Assembly (NCBI GenBank): GCA_965235115.1
Contig: OZ249444.1
Location: 23,312,001-23,376,000 of the forward strand
Length of the DNA: 64,000 nt
Direction: 5' to 3'
Source: Laetmonice hystrix
Taxonomy: Eukaryota
The position numbers and the translations under genes were made by a program. Below are positions 13,588 to 25,820 of the stretch, piece by piece. Position 1 is the first letter of the stretch. Each line of letters begins with the position of its first letter. The notes under the pieces were generated by a model, which saw only the letters and a list, made by a program, of their open reading frames with translations, had not been told where the DNA came from and searched no databases.

Positions 13588-14937
13588 TTAATGGTAATAA
13601 CCATAAGGTGATGAAAAATGTGTAGGATGGCTGTACATAGGTTGTGGTACATATGGTCCATACACAGGTTGTGGACATGTTGGGTATGGTCCAGTATCGT
13701 ATTCTTCATAAGAGTCCTCACCGTGGGAATCATAATCTTCCGTGCTGTGATCGAAGTCACAATCACAGAAGAAAACGTTGTGGTGATCGTGAAGAACCAT
13801 GGTCACCTTAAGTTCCTCCTCGAATATAAAAGGTGGTAAGGTCCCAAGAGGAACTTTGTCCATAAGACGATAATGACAACCATTGAATTTAACCAGGAAT
13901 GTTGATTGGATGTCGCTGTTTTCACAATACCTTTGTGATATACCTTCTGACAAGAATTTCCGCTGCTGCCTTAAAATCGGTTTGAGCTTAATGTCTCTTG
14001 TAAAAACTTTGGTCCCAAAAGAAATATGGATTGGTAGAACAGCAGTCGAAGAAAAGTTATTTGGAAGTATATCATTGAGAAATGGAATGTCACATAATCG
14101 TGAGTGCTGGAAAAAGTCATTTGTGAAAAATGGATCTGCAAAGTCTGTAGAAAAAGCTGTTTGGGTTGCACTCTCACGGCTGACACATAAAACATTGTGC
14201 TGCCCAAGAGCTACCTTCATACTGTCAATCTCTTTGTCTTTTAGAGCCAGGTCGTTGGTTAGACGGGTGATTGTTTTAAGGGATTCCTCTAACTGCAGCT
14301 TTAGTTTAACGATGTCCGTGTTCTGTTTGATGGCTGTGTCGGCGAGTATCTTGATGTTTGCCTTGAATTTAGAAAAGTCATCTTGCCCTTTGTTGACGAA
14401 TTGAGCACAATTATTACGTAGTGCGACAGCTTCATGTCTCAGGGAAGAGACAGTTCCCTGAATTTTTATCAGATCTTTAGTTGTATCTCGCTGTGGTTCC
14501 GTTTGACTGGATGTTTCTGTCATATGTAAGATGGTTTGGGCCTGAGAATGAACATATAGAACTGGCTTTGGTGGAGAATATTGAGATACCTGAAGGTGTT
14601 CTTTCGGTGCTTTGGTGTACAGGTAACGTTGTAGAGTTTCACTGTCCAGGTCGGCAAATGGTAGCATCATCATGACTGACTTTCTGCGAAGGAATTCCTC
14701 CATACGACGCTTGTCACGAGCACGCTGTGTTTTTGGCTTAAAGGTGACTTGCCTTTCATGGGTGGTGAACGACCTGGCAAAACACATCCGTCCAAAGTGT
14801 CCATCACGACCACACTTGGCGCACTGCTGGTTGTAGGCTGGACAGAAGTGGCGGCTTAAACAAGGAAAGCCACATCTGTAGCATCTGCGCTGGACGTGCT
14901 GGTTCATATTGTTGAATCTTGTCCTCTGGTGTTCCAT
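13588..14937 (-). CDS. 449-aa ORF of the LTR element: N-terminal Gag-type double zinc knuckle, coiled coil, unknown C-terminal domain
   Basis: CYRCGFPCLSRHFCPAYNQQCAKCGRDGHFGRMC contains a canonical CX2CX4HX4C preceded by a degenerate knuckle, the pattern typical of Gypsy Gag nucleocapsid. Heptad-rich central region. Uninterrupted ORF lying between PBS and PPT. Confidence 0.9.
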   Translation of the reverse strand: MEHQRTRFNNMNQHVQRRCYRCGFPCLSRHFCPAYNQQCAKCGRDGHFGRMCFARSFTTHERQVTFKPKTQRARDKRRMEEFLRRKSVMMMLPFADLDSETLQRYLYTKAPKEHLQVSQYSPPKPVLYVHSQAQTILHMTETSSQTEPQRDTTKDLIKIQGTVSSLRHEAVALRNNCAQFVNKGQDDFSKFKANIKILADTAIKQNTDIVKLKLQLEESLKTITRLTNDLALKDKEIDSMKVALGQHNVLCVSRESATQTAFSTDFADPFFTNDFFQHSRLCDIPFLNDILPNNFSSTAVLPIHISFGTKVFTRDIKLKPILRQQRKFLSEGISQRYCENSDIQSTFLVKFNGCHYRLMDKVPLGTLPPFIFEEELKVTMVLHDHHNVFFCDCDFDHSTEDYDSHGEDSYEEYDTGPYPTCPQPVYGPYVPQPMYSHPTHFSSPYGYYH

Positions 14938-14979
14938 GTCTTCAGGTACGGGAAAGCGTGTAAAGGTGAAATTTACACC

Positions 14980-14997
14980 ATCCGGGTTCTATCACCA
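14980..14997 (-). other. Primer binding site (TGGTGATAGAACCCGGAT)
   Basis: Starts with TGG (complement of tRNA CCA) 1 nt after the 5' LTR. The priming tRNA was not identified. Confidence 0.8.
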
Positions 14998-14998
14998 G

Positions 14999-15316
14999 TG
15001 TTATGTTGGGGTAGCTGTTCGGTTGAAGACTTGAAGACGCGTTGTTGGGATTCCAATATACTTTATTGTGGTGAGGATTTCCTCTCCACTCTGGACACTC
15101 TTCTCTACAATACTGCCGATTCCCCTTGCGTCTCCTACTATATAGGCCCTTCTCTCGGGCATGCAGGTGCGCGTCTATAGGGCCATAAAGGTATAACTCT
15201 TTTGTAACCGTGGGGGCAATTACGCTAACTCATGTATATGTAATCCCTTAATGGGAGTGACCAACAATAAGGTTGTAAAACTGTATGTGTGGGCAAGGTG
15301 AAACCTGACCATAACA
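14999..15316 (-). repeat. 5' LTR (318 bp)
   Basis: Apparently identical to 12486-12803; followed on the - strand by the PBS. Confidence 0.95.
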
Positions 15317-15824
15317 CATATAACCCCCTTACTGCGGGTGTTAACGGTACAATCACCGTGATAAGTGAGGGTGACGTGTGTTGGGGTGATCACACGTGCC
15401 CCACCCCCCGGTATTGATTGGACGTGGAGCGTTGCCTGAGGACGGCTGGTGTCAGCGGCTGGACGCTGGTGGTGGAGGAATGCTGGCGGCACCAACGTGG
15501 ACGAGCTCCAGTCGATGGCAGCCTGGGGAATAGTGGTTATTGACGGGAACTTGTAGGTCAGCGACATGCTGGTAGTCTACACGTGCAGCCAGTGGTAGTG
15601 AACTAAGACTGCTGCTTCATGTTAGGACTGCCAGCAGCCTGCAGAGGTTATGTGTTGGTAATAATGGCTCATGGAACCCAAACTGGAACAAAACGGAAAG
15701 CTTTCAACTCGGATGGCATGCGTCACGCAACTTTACATCATGACATTTGCTTTAGTTTGTTGGATACCTGAAACCGATTATAAGACCGACGATTTAAAAC
15801 TTGTGTGAAACAACCGGATTTGCA

Positions 15825-16157
15825 ATGGGATTTACGGGTTTTAATCTGCGAGGGTGGCGGACAGAACCAAGGAAGGCCACCAAAAAGAAAGAGGAGAAAA
15901 AACGGCAGAAAACTGTGAAAAAGCAGCCCTCTTTTACGGTACCACGGAACTTGTACGGCCGCAGTCGGTACAGTATCAGGCGGAGACCTAACTCCGGCAC
16001 GTGGACATCGTACAACATGGTTCGGGAGACAGGGGTCGGCCCGACGTTTGGGGCCAGGGGCAAAGGGAGATTTCTACAGAATCTCAATGACCAAGTGTCA
16101 CATAGACTTGACATGGAGGAGATATCGGAGTGGCAGGACTGGGTCCGGAGACACAGG
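15825..16157 (+). CDS. Candidate alternative first coding exon (MGFTGFNLRGW...WQDWVRRHR), Lys/Arg-rich
   Basis: ATG at 15825 within ORF 15801-16211. Phase-0 donor 'agg|gtaggc' at 16158 matches the phase-0 acceptor at 25408. Protein-like composition; no homology evidence. Confidence 0.45.
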
Positions 16158-16474
16158 GTAGGCTGGTCATTTTCTCTTCCAAACTCAGAACGAATCCCGT
16201 CAGGTTTCTAAAGAGTCTGTTTAGGTACCGTGTTTATTGACACTCTACTGGCCCTTTGGGGATGTAGCATTTCCATTTCAACGGAATCTTATTACTTCAG
16301 GGGGAAAAGCTTTGGCATTTGGGGGAAAGTGGTTAAAACCTGGCTAATTGTACCCACGGCCGAGGAGTTATAATTAGGGAATTTAGGGCAATAGGATGGA
16401 TACCATCCCTGGCCATTGATCTGTTACAGCCTCGGGAGTTTTAAAACACGTGCATGAGATTCTACACACGTCAA

Positions 16475-16689
16475 TATCACCTGTCACGTCTCTCCCATTG
16501 TGTATACGGTCAATGAAACGCTTGAACGTGAAACATTCTGATGACCTAACCTAGGACTATGTACCCTGAAACTTAAGGCTATATCACCTGTCACGTCTCT
16601 CCCACTGTGTATACGGTCAATGAAACGGTTGAACGTGAAACATTCTGATGACCTAACCTAGGACTCTGTACCCTGAAACCTAAGGCTAT
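16475..16689. repeat. 107-bp tandem duplication
   Basis: tatcacctgtcacgtctctccc... at 16475 and 16582. Confidence 0.9.
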
Positions 16690-19129
16690 AGGTATTACCC
16701 CATGTGCTCACTATTTATTCGCCATGCAAGACATCTGTTTGCCTGTCTCAGTATTTGCAAGACGTCTTCCCTTATCTGGAGCAACAACTAGGTTATAAAA
16801 GTTCCTTCAGAATTTACACAGTATGTTTGGCCTGAGGGGATAGCCGTCTGTATATGGTGTATTATAGCACTGGTGCCAGGACATTGCCTACAGTACCCCC
16901 TGAGGTATATTCAGTCCATGACATGGCCCAGAGATGTCTTAATCACATTCAGACCCTCAATGTTATGTCAGATTTCATCATAAGATATGTATGCATTGAG
17001 GTCAAGATTTCACCATCGTGACAATCGGACCAGTAGAGCACTCAGGTGTGATCGTCTGGCAACTTAATTAAAGTTGGGAATTATCTCTCAAACCATAGAT
17101 CTTCGATCTACGTCCTCGTAGGAAAGAGATCTGAGTACTGTTTCTAATTGCCTCTATAGGCTATAGAGCTCTGCATGTCATCTGTCTTGATAAATTCAAC
17201 AATTCTGCTGCTAAGTACTGTCGTGTAACAATGTTATTCAAGTATATTTCCACATAACATAGCTATTTATGACGAATCTGATTACAGCAAGTAATTAGGA
17301 TACTCGTATTAATTGTGATATTAATTAAGATGTCTCATTATTGACAAACATTGTTATTAAATGTCAACTGATCATAGATTTTTCTCCGGTTTGCCTGACG
17401 TATACAAACTGAGGACTTTAGCTTTAATCATACATTATAGATGGGGAGCTAAGCCTGATCAATTAACCTCGTAAAAGCTTTAACAGTCCAGTAGTGTTGT
17501 AGATTACCCACTGTAATAGACAGCGTTTACCTGTCGCCACACAAGACTGTTACTATAGCAATGTCTCTCTGTTTATTTTGGTGTGTTTTGTAAGAAAGAT
17601 TGAACCGACACGCCTCCGGAGTGAAGCAATTGTTTGGCGTTCCGGCGCATTGCTTAGCAACCAGGATAATAGCGTTCCTTTGCCCTCAGTGTGGCTACTT
17701 GGTACATTGGATTTTTGTGTGCTTATAGAAATAAACATTCTACTGAAGAATTTCCATTGATTGTTAGGAGAAAATCAAAGGGAATGCCCAGGAAAACAAA
17801 CAGAAACTGTCAAACGTTCGCGGTGCTGCTTACCGCATAACAGTTCAGGAAATAGCACTGATTCAGCTTAGCAAGAAAAGGACAGTTCGAGATGTACTTT
17901 AAGATCAAATTGCCTTAGAGTAACGTTACATGAGTAGTCTTGGAGGTTTAGGTTACATGGGGAGATACTCTGACAGTTTGTATGAGTCTATGTCCTGGTA
18001 TACTACCTCAGCAGTGGTATACCCTGGTACTGAGCGTTAGGCTACTGTTACATGCCCGACCTGTACCAAACCACAAACCTTGAGTCTACCTCAGCAGTAC
18101 CACTACTACCTCAGCACTACCTCAGTGATATACCCTGGTACTGAGCGTTAGGTTACATGCCCGACCTTTACCAAACCACAAACCTTGAGAATTGAGACTG
18201 TATGCTGTAGATATATGTAGAGTCGAGAGTCGACTAGAAAAGATAAGTCTGCATGAACTTGTTGGCGGGAAAGTTGGTGGTAGGATATCAGATATCAGTA
18301 GGTGTGGTTATATCTTGGATAACTCTCGGGAATAGTAAACCGATTAGGGTTATAGAGATAAAGTGTTCTTTCGTTAAGAACTTAGGTCTTCAAGATTTTC
18401 TAGTGACATTATCTGTTTACATCAATGATATCGTGTATATTGTGTGCCTCAGATACCCGTACATAGCCAGATCTAACGGCCGGTAGGGTTGGTTTCTCTC
18501 GTACCCGCTTGTTTACCTGTCCCAGTCGATTAACCGTTAAAACTGATGATCACACAATGTAGAAACATCTCGGGAGATTATCTGATAATCCGACCTGGAG
18601 TGATCCATTTACTGCCACTGTTATCTGCTGAGTGCATGCTGATGGTGACAATGAGACTGGAGACAGCTGTTCAAAGCCTGTTCGTCCTACAGCTTCAGGC
18701 TACGTTGGTAGGTGGAGAATGGAGACAACTGAAGCCCACAGCTTCAGGCTGACAGGATTTTTTGTCCACAAGCATCTTGATCGTTCTGTCAGAACATTGT
18801 GTTTCTAACCATACATTTTGTCGCATGTAATTTATATCTCAAGGTAGAAACTGTGAAATCATGTGGACGTCCTTGTCAGAAATAATGGGCCGTGTACAGA
18901 AAACTTTTCTGTGGAGGATGATATCCTTCACATTTTCATTATTTGTTGATTTATTTGATTTCTTTATATTTGTCATAAAGCTTTTATCAGTTAGCTCTAC
19001 AGCTAGCAAACGGATCTTTCTCGATCTCCGTCTGTCTAGGATATAATGGACATTGAAAAAAAATATATTCAAGTATTATATAAATGTCATACGACCGGCA
19101 GATGAGAACCGTGTACATGTGACCTTTCT

Positions 19130-20503
19130 GAAACATCATTATGTGATCATGCAGTATACGTGTAGACTGATTGAAACATCATTATGTGATCATGCAGTAT
19201 ACGTGTAGACTGATTGAAACATCATTATGTGATCATGCAGTATACGTGCAGACTGATTGAAACATCATTATGTGATCATGCAGTATACGTGCAGACTGAT
19301 GGAAACATCATTATGTGATCATGCAGTATACGTGCAGACTGATTGAAACATTATGTGATCATGCAGTATACGTGCAGACTGATTGAAACATCATTATGTG
19401 ATCATGCAGTATACGTGCAGACTGATTGAAACATTATGTGATCATGCAGTATACGTGCAGACTGATGGAAACATCATTATGTGATCATGCAGTATACGTG
19501 TAGACTGATTGAAACATCATTATGTGATCATGCAGTATACGTGTAGACTGATGGAAACATCATTATGTGATCATGCAGTATACGTGCAGACTGATTGAAA
19601 CATCATTATGTGATCATGCAGTATACGTGCAGACTGATGGAAACATCATTATGTGAGCATGCAGTATACGTGCAGACTGATTGAAACATCATTATGTGAT
19701 CATGCAGTATACGTGTAGACTGATTGAAACATCATTATGTGATCATGCAGTATACGTGCAGACTGATTGAAACATCATTATGTGATCATGCAGTATACGT
19801 GCAGACTGATTGAAACATCATTATGGGATCATGCAGTATACGTGCAGACTGATTGAAACATCATTATGGGATCATGCAGTATACGTGTAGACTGATTGAA
19901 ACATCATTATGTGATCATGCAGTATACGTGCAGACTGATTGAAACATCATTATGTGATCATGCAGTATACGTGCAGACTGATTGAAACATCATTATGTGA
20001 TCATGCCGTATACGTGTAGACTGATTGAAACATCATTATGTGATCATGCAGTATACGTGCAGACTGATTGAAACATCATTATGTGATCATGCAGTATACG
20101 TGCAGACTGATTGAAACATCATTATGGGATCATGCAGTATACGTGTAGACTGATTGAAACATCATTATGTGATCATGCAGTATACGTGCAGACTGATTGA
20201 AACATCATTATGTGATCATGCAGTATACGTGCAGACTGATGGAAACATCATTATGTGATCATGCAGTATACGTGCAGACTGATTGAAACATCATTATGTG
20301 ATCATGCAGGATACGTGTAGACTGATGGAAACATCATTATGTGATCATGCAGTATACGTGTAGACTGATTGAAACATCATTATGTGATCATGCAGTATAC
20401 GTGCAGACTGATTGAAACATCATTATGTGATCATGCAGTATACGTGCAGACTGATTGAAACATCATTATGTGATCATGCAGTATACGTGCAGACTGATTG
20501 AAA
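19130..20503. repeat. 43-bp satellite x~32
   Basis: Unit gaaacatcattatgtgatcatgcagtatacgtgcagactgatt, highly homogeneous. Confidence 0.98.
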
Positions 20504-20603
20504 AGTAGCTACTTTAGTTACAGTCCTGTCCGGCCTACTCTGTCTGTCTTGATATTTCTGATAAACATCGGAAGTTATTGTCTTGGTAACATACAAGTCT
20601 CTT

Positions 20604-22154
20604 ATCTTACATATTATGTAGAGAGTAGAGATTGCGTTACTCGGAGTGGACACACGTGTGTGCCAGCATGATCTTACATATTATGTAGAGAGTAGAGATT
20701 GCGTTACTCGGAGTGGACACACGTGTGTGCCAGCATGATCTTACATATTATGTAGAGTAGAGATTGCGTTACTCGGAGTGGACACACGTGTGTGCCAGCA
20801 TGATCTTACATATGTAGAGAGTAGAGATTGCGTTACTCGGAGTGGACACACGTGTGTGCCAGCATGATCTTACATATTATGTAGAGTAGAGATTGCGTTA
20901 CTCGGAGTGGACACACGTGTGTGCCAGCATGATCTTACATATTATGTAGAGAGTAGAGATTGCGTTACTCGGAGTGGACACACGTGTGTGCCAGCATGAT
21001 CTTACATATGTAGAGAGTAGAGATTGCGTTACTCGGAGTGGACACACGTGTGTGCCAGCATGATCTTACATATTATGTAGAGTAGAGATTGCGTTACTCG
21101 GAGTGGACACACGTGTGTGCCAGCATGATCTTACATATTATGTAGAGAGTAGAGATTGCGTTACTCGGAGTGGACACACGTGTGTGCCAGCATGATCTTA
21201 CATATGTAGAGAGTAGAGATTGCGTTACTCGGAGTGGACACACGTGTGTGCCAGCATGATCTTACATATGTAGAGAGTAGAGATTGCGTTACTCGGAGTG
21301 GACACACGTGTGTGCCAGCATGATCTTACATATTATGTAGAGTAGAGATTGCGTTACTCGGAGTGGACACACGTGTGTGCCAGCATGATCTTATATATTA
21401 TGTAGAGTAGAGATTGCGTTACTCGGAGTGGACACACGTGTGTGCCAGCATGATCTTACATAATGTAGAGAGTAGAGATTGCGTTACTCGGAGTGGACAC
21501 ACGTGTGTGCCAGCCTGATCTTACATATGTAGAGAGTAGAGATTGCGTTACTCGGAGTGGACACACGTGTGTGCCAGCATGATCTTACATATGTAGAGAG
21601 TAGAGATTGCGTTACTCGGAGTGGACACACGTGTGTGCCAGCATGATCTTACATATGTAGAGAGTAGAGATTGCGTTACTCGGAGTGGACACACGTGTGT
21701 GCCAGCATGATCTTACATATTATGTAGAGAGTAGAGATTGCGTTACTCGGAGTGGACACACGTGTGTGCCAGCACGATCTTACATATTATGTAGAGAGTA
21801 GAGATTGCGTTACTCGGAGTGGACACACGTGTGTGCCAGCATGATCTTACATATGTAGAGAATAGAGATTGCGTTACTCGGAGTGGACCCACGTGTGTGC
21901 CAGCATGATCTTACATATGTAGAGAGTAGAGATTGCGTTACTCGGAGTGGACACACGTGTGTGCCAGCATGATCTTACATATTATGTAGAGAGTAGAGAT
22001 TGCGTTACTCGGAGTGGACACACGTGTGTGCCAGCATGATCTTACATATTATGTAGAGAGTAGAGATTGCGTTACTCGGAGTGGACACACGTGTGTGCCA
22101 GCATGATCTTACATATTATGTAGAGAGTAGAGATTGTGTTACTCGGAGTGGACA
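20604..22154. repeat. 64-67-bp satellite x~23 with internal palindromes
   Basis: Unit atcttacatattatgtagagagtagagattgcgttactcggagtggacacacgtgtgtgccagcatg. Confidence 0.98.
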
Positions 22155-22465
22155 TTATGGGTTCGGTTTTAGGAGGTTGATGTTCATGGATCCGGCCACA
22201 ACAAACTCGCTGTCATTATCATACTGTGTTTAACACTCGTCCTGGGTACATAGGCGGGAAACTTTGGTGCCCGAAACTTGACGAAGAAAAGAAAAATGTT
22301 TATTTGTAAAGAATACTGGCTCGTGTATTCATCATATTTGAAGGGGATTCTCAGTCGGGTAATTCTTGCAGCTGAGATATTTTCAGTATTGAAGGTCATA
22401 TACCAGGCTCAAACATGCTGCACCCATCCGGCTGTGGTTTTGTCGTGTAAACTGAGACAGGATAG

Positions 22466-23712
22466 ATGGGCTTTACTGGCCTCTACATATCGTACAGTTA
22501 CAGGGGTATGAACAATAACTACAGGAGTAGAAACTTCATCCATCCAGGCAGGGCGACATCATCATGTACAACATGGGCTTTACTGGCCTCTACATATCGT
22601 ACAGTTACAGGGGTATGAACAATAACTACAGGAGTAGAAACTTCATCCATCCAGGCAGGGCGACATCATCATGTACATCATGGGCTTTACTGGCCTCTAC
22701 ATATCGTACAGTTACAGGGGTATGAACAATAACTACAGGAGTAGAAACTTCATCCATCCAGGCAGGGCGACATCATCATGTACATCATGGGCTTTACTGG
22801 CCTCTACATATCGTACAGTTACAGGGGTATGAACAATAACTACAGGAGTAGAAACTTCATCCATCCAGGCAGGGCGACATCATCATGTACAACATGGGCT
22901 TTACTGGCCTCTACATATCGTACAGTTACAGGGGTATGAACAATAACTACAGGAGTAGAAACTTCATCCATCCAGGCAGGGCGACATCATCATGTACATC
23001 ATGGGCTTTACTGGTCTCTACATATCGTACAGTTACAGGGGTATGAACAATAACTACAGGAGTAGAAACCTCATCCATCCAGGCAGGGCGACATCATCAT
23101 GTACATCATGGGCTTTACTGGCCTCTACATATCGTACAGTTACAGGGGTATGAACAATAACTACAGGAGTAGAAACCTCATCCATCCAGGCAGGGCGACA
23201 TCATCATGTACAACATGGGCTTTACTGGCCTCTACATATCGTACAGTTACAGGGGTATGAACAATAACTACAGGAGTAGAAACTTCATTCATCCAGGCAG
23301 GGCGACATCATCATGTACATCATGGGCTTTACTGGCCTCTACATATCGTACAGTTACAGGGGTATGAACAATAACTACAGGAGTAGAAACTTCATCCATC
23401 CAGGCAGGGCGACATCATCATGTACATCATGGGCTTTACTGGTCTCTACATATCGTACAGTTACAGGGGTATGAACAATAACTACAGGAGTAGAAACTTC
23501 ATCCAGGCAGGGCGACATCATCATGTACATCATGGGCTTTACATATCGTACAGTTACAGGGGTATGAACAATAACTACAGGAGTAGAAACTTCATCCATC
23601 CAGGCAGGGCGACATCATCATGTACATCATGGGCTTTACTGGCCTCTACATATCGTACAGTTACAGGGGTATGAACAATAACTACAGGAGTAGAAACTTC
23701 ATCCATCCAGGG
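22466..23712. repeat. 107-bp satellite x~11.6
   Basis: Unit begins atgggctttactggcctctacatatcgtac at 22466, 22573 and onward. Confidence 0.98.
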
Positions 23713-25407
23713 CGATGTCATCATTCCTGTAGTTTAGTGACTGTAGAATCTCATCACATTATGCACACGCATCAAGATTGTAAGAAATTATCATGTCTCA
23801 CCCCAGATAATGAATCTAATGAACATTGTGTCATTTAGATATTACTGACAGTAACATAGAATAGCGTGTTGTGAAGGAATCGATTATAAAATTATCTTAA
23901 ATCAAGAATTGTGACTCCGGTCTGGGCCAGTATACAGGGAATAAATGCCATATTCCAGGCATGTCGTTTTAGAGACAACTTAATAGTCATCTTCATTCAT
24001 TTATGATTGTATTATTTCCTTACCTATTATCATTATCATTACCCCTGGGTCCAGGGTAACAACCATAGATCCTCCACCCGGTCGGGTAGCGGGTTATTAC
24101 CCCCCTGAGACCCGGGAAACTGTACGTCCTGACGCCATAATGAACTCAACAAGTTCTGAAGGAATGACTTCTTGTCATGAAGATGGGTTTAGAACGTAGG
24201 GATGCCGGCGTGGCGTACAATCATTGTAACTTGCTCACTCGCTTTAAGAATTATGAGGACAATGGTAGTTAAATTGATGTCTGAGTATTGGTGGGGTGGT
24301 AGGGGTAGTTGTGAAGTATCATCTCCAGGTTCCTGTTGTGTCTGTGGGTCCTCTGACAGCATCCTCCCCCCACCCCCACCCCCACCCCCCAGTGCCGACA
24401 TCCCGGTCTGCCCATCACTGACTTCTCTCACTGAGTGACGCTCAGTACCAGTAACAACCGTCCTGTCACAATGGTCAGAAGGACGGTGACATATACCACT
24501 CACCACTAACCTTGACATCTCACTGGTCACTCATTATGTGGTCAACATTCTGGCCAAAGACCACCAAGGCTCGCAGGGTAAGTCAGTCGTCCTACTCTTA
24601 TCAGTGCTGTGATGGTCAAGCTACAGAAACACTTCAGTTGAAGTTGTATAGTTTATCTACGATACTATATTGATCACTTTTATTTGAGAAATGATGTCCG
24701 TAAGTCCAGTTCATCATGGATGTGCGTGACTGCGAAACTCGTGAGCTAGCGCGAGCAATGATGACATGTATTCATACTCTCTTCATATTATTGGGGTGTC
24801 ATTGGGTTTTGTTATTTTACATAACCCAGATATCTCAGTTCTTTTGTTCGTGTCTGGGGCCCAAAGGATCAAGAAAAGGTACTGGCCAGCATGGATCTGT
24901 TCAGATATTGAGAGAGAAGTGAGAACTGAGGATGACCGTTAGGTCGTACGGAACTGTGTGTTGATTGGTCCATCTGATCGCCTCTATAAGAAAGGTTATT
25001 GGGCTATTGCGATTTACATCTGTGAAGGATGGTGGTATAATGTGGTTATGGCAACACATACAAAAATCACGTTATAAAATAAGGCCAAAGAAAACATTTT
25101 GCACTATTGCTATTATGCAGGTCCTTTCCAGGAATCGGAGAGAAATCTAGGAATCTCAGCCGCCTCATGTTTGACTGAAAGACAGGGGAAGAAACTCCAG
25201 GGGCAGATTCAGGATCTTTGAACGGGGAGGGTGCGTGGGTATATTCTGTCTGTTTTTTTGGGTTCTTTTACGTTTCCTTTCTTTTCTTTTCATCTATTAT
25301 GTCCATGGAAAGAAAGGATGTGCTCTTCACGCCTCCTGGGCCAGCGCCTAAAAAACTTTAAAAGCCACGTTTGTTTATGAAAGTTTGTTGTTTGTGGTTT
25401 TCTCCAG

Positions 25408-25509
25408 GAGCTATACGCCAGCAGCAGTAAGCGGAACAGCCGCGCCCCGCCACAGGTTCCGCGGAGAAACCCGGAGACTCGGCTCAGTTCGGGCTCCACC
25501 GGCTCCCAG
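25408..25509 (+). CDS. Internal coding exon (ELYASSSKRNSRAPPQVPRRNPETRLSSGSTGSQ)
   Basis: Strong acceptor 'gtttgtggttttctccag', donor 'cag|gtcagt', 102 nt, phase 0-0, GC-rich against AT-rich flanks. Joins in frame to 33833. Confidence 0.65.
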
Positions 25510-25820
25510 GTCAGTTATTGTAACCTACTCCTCTATACTCCTCCTCTATACTCCTCTTCCTCCTCTACTCCTGCTTCCTCCTCTTCCTCCCCCGTCTCCT
25601 CCTCGTCCCAACCTCTCACTCAAAGTCTTTGGTCACAGGGATGTCTTCAACAAGGCCATGACTGCCAGCAAACACCTCATCGTTGAGGTTGGATTATGGT
25701 GGAAATAGTTCCTTCTGTAATATTCATAGTTTTAGTATAATAATGTTCAAAAATAGAATGGGACAACATAATTATAAATCTTCTTGCATGCGATTATCTT
25801 GTGTCAAAAGTAGAATTTTG

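Larger units (their letters stand above)
12486..15316 (-). mobile_element. Full-length non-autonomous LTR retroelement (Ty3/Gypsy-like termini), 2831 bp
   Basis: Two 318-bp direct repeats (12486-12803, 14999-15316), each bounded by TGTTATG...CATAACA. 4-bp TSD 'cata' at 12482-12485 and 15317-15320. PBS, PPT and one internal ORF all lie on the - strand. Confidence 0.95.

Noticed and set aside
22461-22505. Possible exon DRWALLASTYRTVTG with donor repeated by the 107-bp array
   Set aside because: The acceptor lacks a pyrimidine tract and there is no independent support.
25639-25687. Possible exon DVFNKAMTASKHLIVE
   Set aside because: Needs a phase-2 upstream donor that I could not find, and its donor (gttgga) is weak. 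The upstream pyrimidine run is a simple (ctc)n repeat, and 25408-25509 already joins 33833 in frame.
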